From NCBI RefSeq assembly GCF_038025025.1, contig NW_027117343.1:372001-436000 (forward strand): a DNA stretch of 64,000 nucleotides, written 5' to 3'. This DNA comes from Phyllosticta citribraziliensis. Taxonomy: Eukaryota. The notes under the pieces were generated by a model. That model was not told where the DNA came from. It made no database searches and saw nothing but the letters and a program-made list of their open reading frames with translations. The translations under genes were made by a program, and so were the position numbers. How positions within the stretch are numbered: the first letter of the stretch is position 1; each line of letters begins with the position of its first letter. Below, piece by piece: positions 62,052 to 64,000 of the stretch.

Positions 62052-62702
62052 TCATTTTTGACCAGAGCAGGAGTCACGGGACGCCATCCCAAGCTTGGCA
62101 TCATCTTTAATGGCCTCCAGGGCATCATCGTCGCTGGTCTCGTCGATGACGATTTGCTCTCTCCAATCAGTTTCATCGCCTTGAAATTCCGGATGCTCAG
62201 AATCCCGCTTCTGTTTCTTCCTCGGTGGCTCTGGATATGGGCCCATTTCGATCCACTCCGATCCCGCAGTCGAACTGTCCAGATTATGCGAGTCCTTGGT
62301 GTTCGCATGATTCTGTCCGATTTTCGGCTTGCAGTGCAAACATGCGTCATGCTCTTCGTCGTTTGAGTCGATGAAGTCGGATCGGGCCTCCTCGTGAGCA
62401 CCTTCGATGCAGAACTTCTCCTCAAGCAGCTTGTTGCTTCCCCCGACATGACAATACCTACACAGCCCTGATTCTTCCGCGAAGCGCTTTATGGCTCGGG
62501 GGACTCGACAACCGCTGCATCTCAAGAAGGTCGGACTGAGGCTTGCAGTAGGCCGCAGGGTAGTGGCAACTGTCGTGGAGCTTGAGTGGGCGGGCCGCTT
62601 TGCATCAGGTTGGATGTTATGATGTCTAAGCTGTGGTCCTGCTTCTTAAAGTCAGCAAGATGCATCCTCATCACCTGGGCTGAACTGACTGATGACAATC
62701 AT
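62052..62702 (-). CDS. Cys-rich hypothetical protein (putative zinc-binding) with NLS-like motif
   Basis: CSGC..CRYC..C...H..CLHC pattern, PPRKKQKR and an acidic tail. The open frame extends to about 62645; the putative first exon (ATG at 62702) is uncertain. Confidence 0.5.
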
Positions 62703-64000
62703 GCCCTCTTCGGAGAGTGCATCGATAAATTTGCCGCGAAAGCTCCATTTGCTATCCTTTTCCCTCTTCGATATTCTCGGGTATTGGAAACCTTTGAGTA
62801 ACAGCTGATCCGCAACGTGTTGGCAGGCGGCTCCCCTGGACGAGTACGAAGCTTTGAGTGATACAAGCTTCTTTGCCTCCTCGATCTTGTTTCTGATCGA
62901 TTCTGTATCATCATTTCAGCCCCAAGTATTTTTCCTCAGGGCACAGAGGCTTCTCGAACCATTGATGATTGGTCCCATGAAGTATCGGGACGTTGCTTGG
63001 TCTGGCGGCATGACGGAGATGACGGAAGAAAGTTCGTCACAGCGCGTCGAATTGAAATATAAGCGGTAAGCTGATAGCAAGTTGCACTCTCTCAGGACAT
63101 GGTATGAGTGTGGGATGGAACAGACAAAGCGTTGAGTTGAGGTGGAGGGCCGGCGATGTTCAGGTTGCTCGAGCGAAGGTAGCAGGCGCACCCACTGCGA
63201 CTTCCAGCTTGGTCGCGGGACCTGCCACCCCGCTACGACCAGGGGCCTCTCAACTCCACAGTCGCCTCTGTTCGCCAATTTTATCTCAAACTGAACTCGA
63301 GACTCCAATCCAGGAGCGTTTCGCCAGGCACGAGCTTGGTCTTGAATGGTAGACTCCCTATTTCTCAACAGGCTGTGCTCAGGCGCCCAAAAATTGGCAG
63401 ACCAAGCTTGAAGGGCACAGACTCGACGATTCGTTGGTCCTGAGCGTGGAGAAGAGTGAGTTGGGAGTGGAGGAGGGAATCAAAGAGAGGGACAGACCGT
63501 ATCTGTTCTCTCCAGCGTGGGGCGCCACTCCTGAGTGAGGCCTGCGCTCGTTTGTGTCATTGGACAGCTTCATTTCACAGTTACAAGGCTGCCAGATTGA
63601 GTCAATGGCTAGCCTGGATCCAAACGTGCGCTTTGCGGGAGGAGGTGACATGATATCTTCAGCTTTCACAAATGTGGAGTTCCGTAGATTGTTGAGGCGA
63701 TAGAATCAAAATCTTCGCTTGCGCGAGTCACTACCATCAAACTGTACTTGAAGACTCGTAAGACGCTTTGAGATCACAGCCTTGAAGTCTGTATTGCTGC
63801 ACTGCTGTCGCAGACCCTGCGCTTAAGGTATTTCATGCGCATAATTTCGCTCACTGGAGGGCTGTGATGAAGACCGCTTCGGTGCGGAGGAACAGGCGCA
63901 TTCGGTGGTCCGGTTTTGCATGATTTGCCCATGGACAGTCGTGAAGGACCTCGAGGTGTACCTTCAGGTGTCTCAAGGCCAGATCATGCTATGTGGTCGC

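Overview
Eukaryotic, intron-rich filamentous-ascomycete DNA (short GT-AG introns with CTRAC branch sites; a Dothideomycete-like origin is my inference). The conserved core (about 7-46 kb) holds: a TALE-class homeobox transcription factor, an Arg/Glu/Pro-rich conserved protein, an acyl-CoA synthetase, a PKA-like catalytic subunit (PkaB type), V-ATPase proteolipid c' (VMA11), Rho1 GEF ROM2, an F-box-like protein, a solo histone H4, an NmrA-like reductase, an acidic hypothetical protein and methylcrotonoyl-CoA carboxylase alpha. Two accessory-looking zones flank it. The left zone (1-5 kb) is a tandem array of BTB/POZ-CxxC genes, one with a frameshifted zinc ribbon. The right zone (46.6-64 kb) is an orphan island with a stand-alone SH3 gene, a fourth BTB gene and small coiled-coil genes. 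In that island one gene (53046-54149, minus) appears to be a fusion of two domains that also occur as separate genes on the opposite strand (57598-58113 and 60271-60860). Also present: a 488-bp hAT-type non-autonomous transposon with TIRs and a perfect 8-bp TSD (35538-36025), a tRNA-like Pol III element upstream of H4, and two clear plus one probable GC-AG introns. All gene models and alignments were made by eye; no database search was run.
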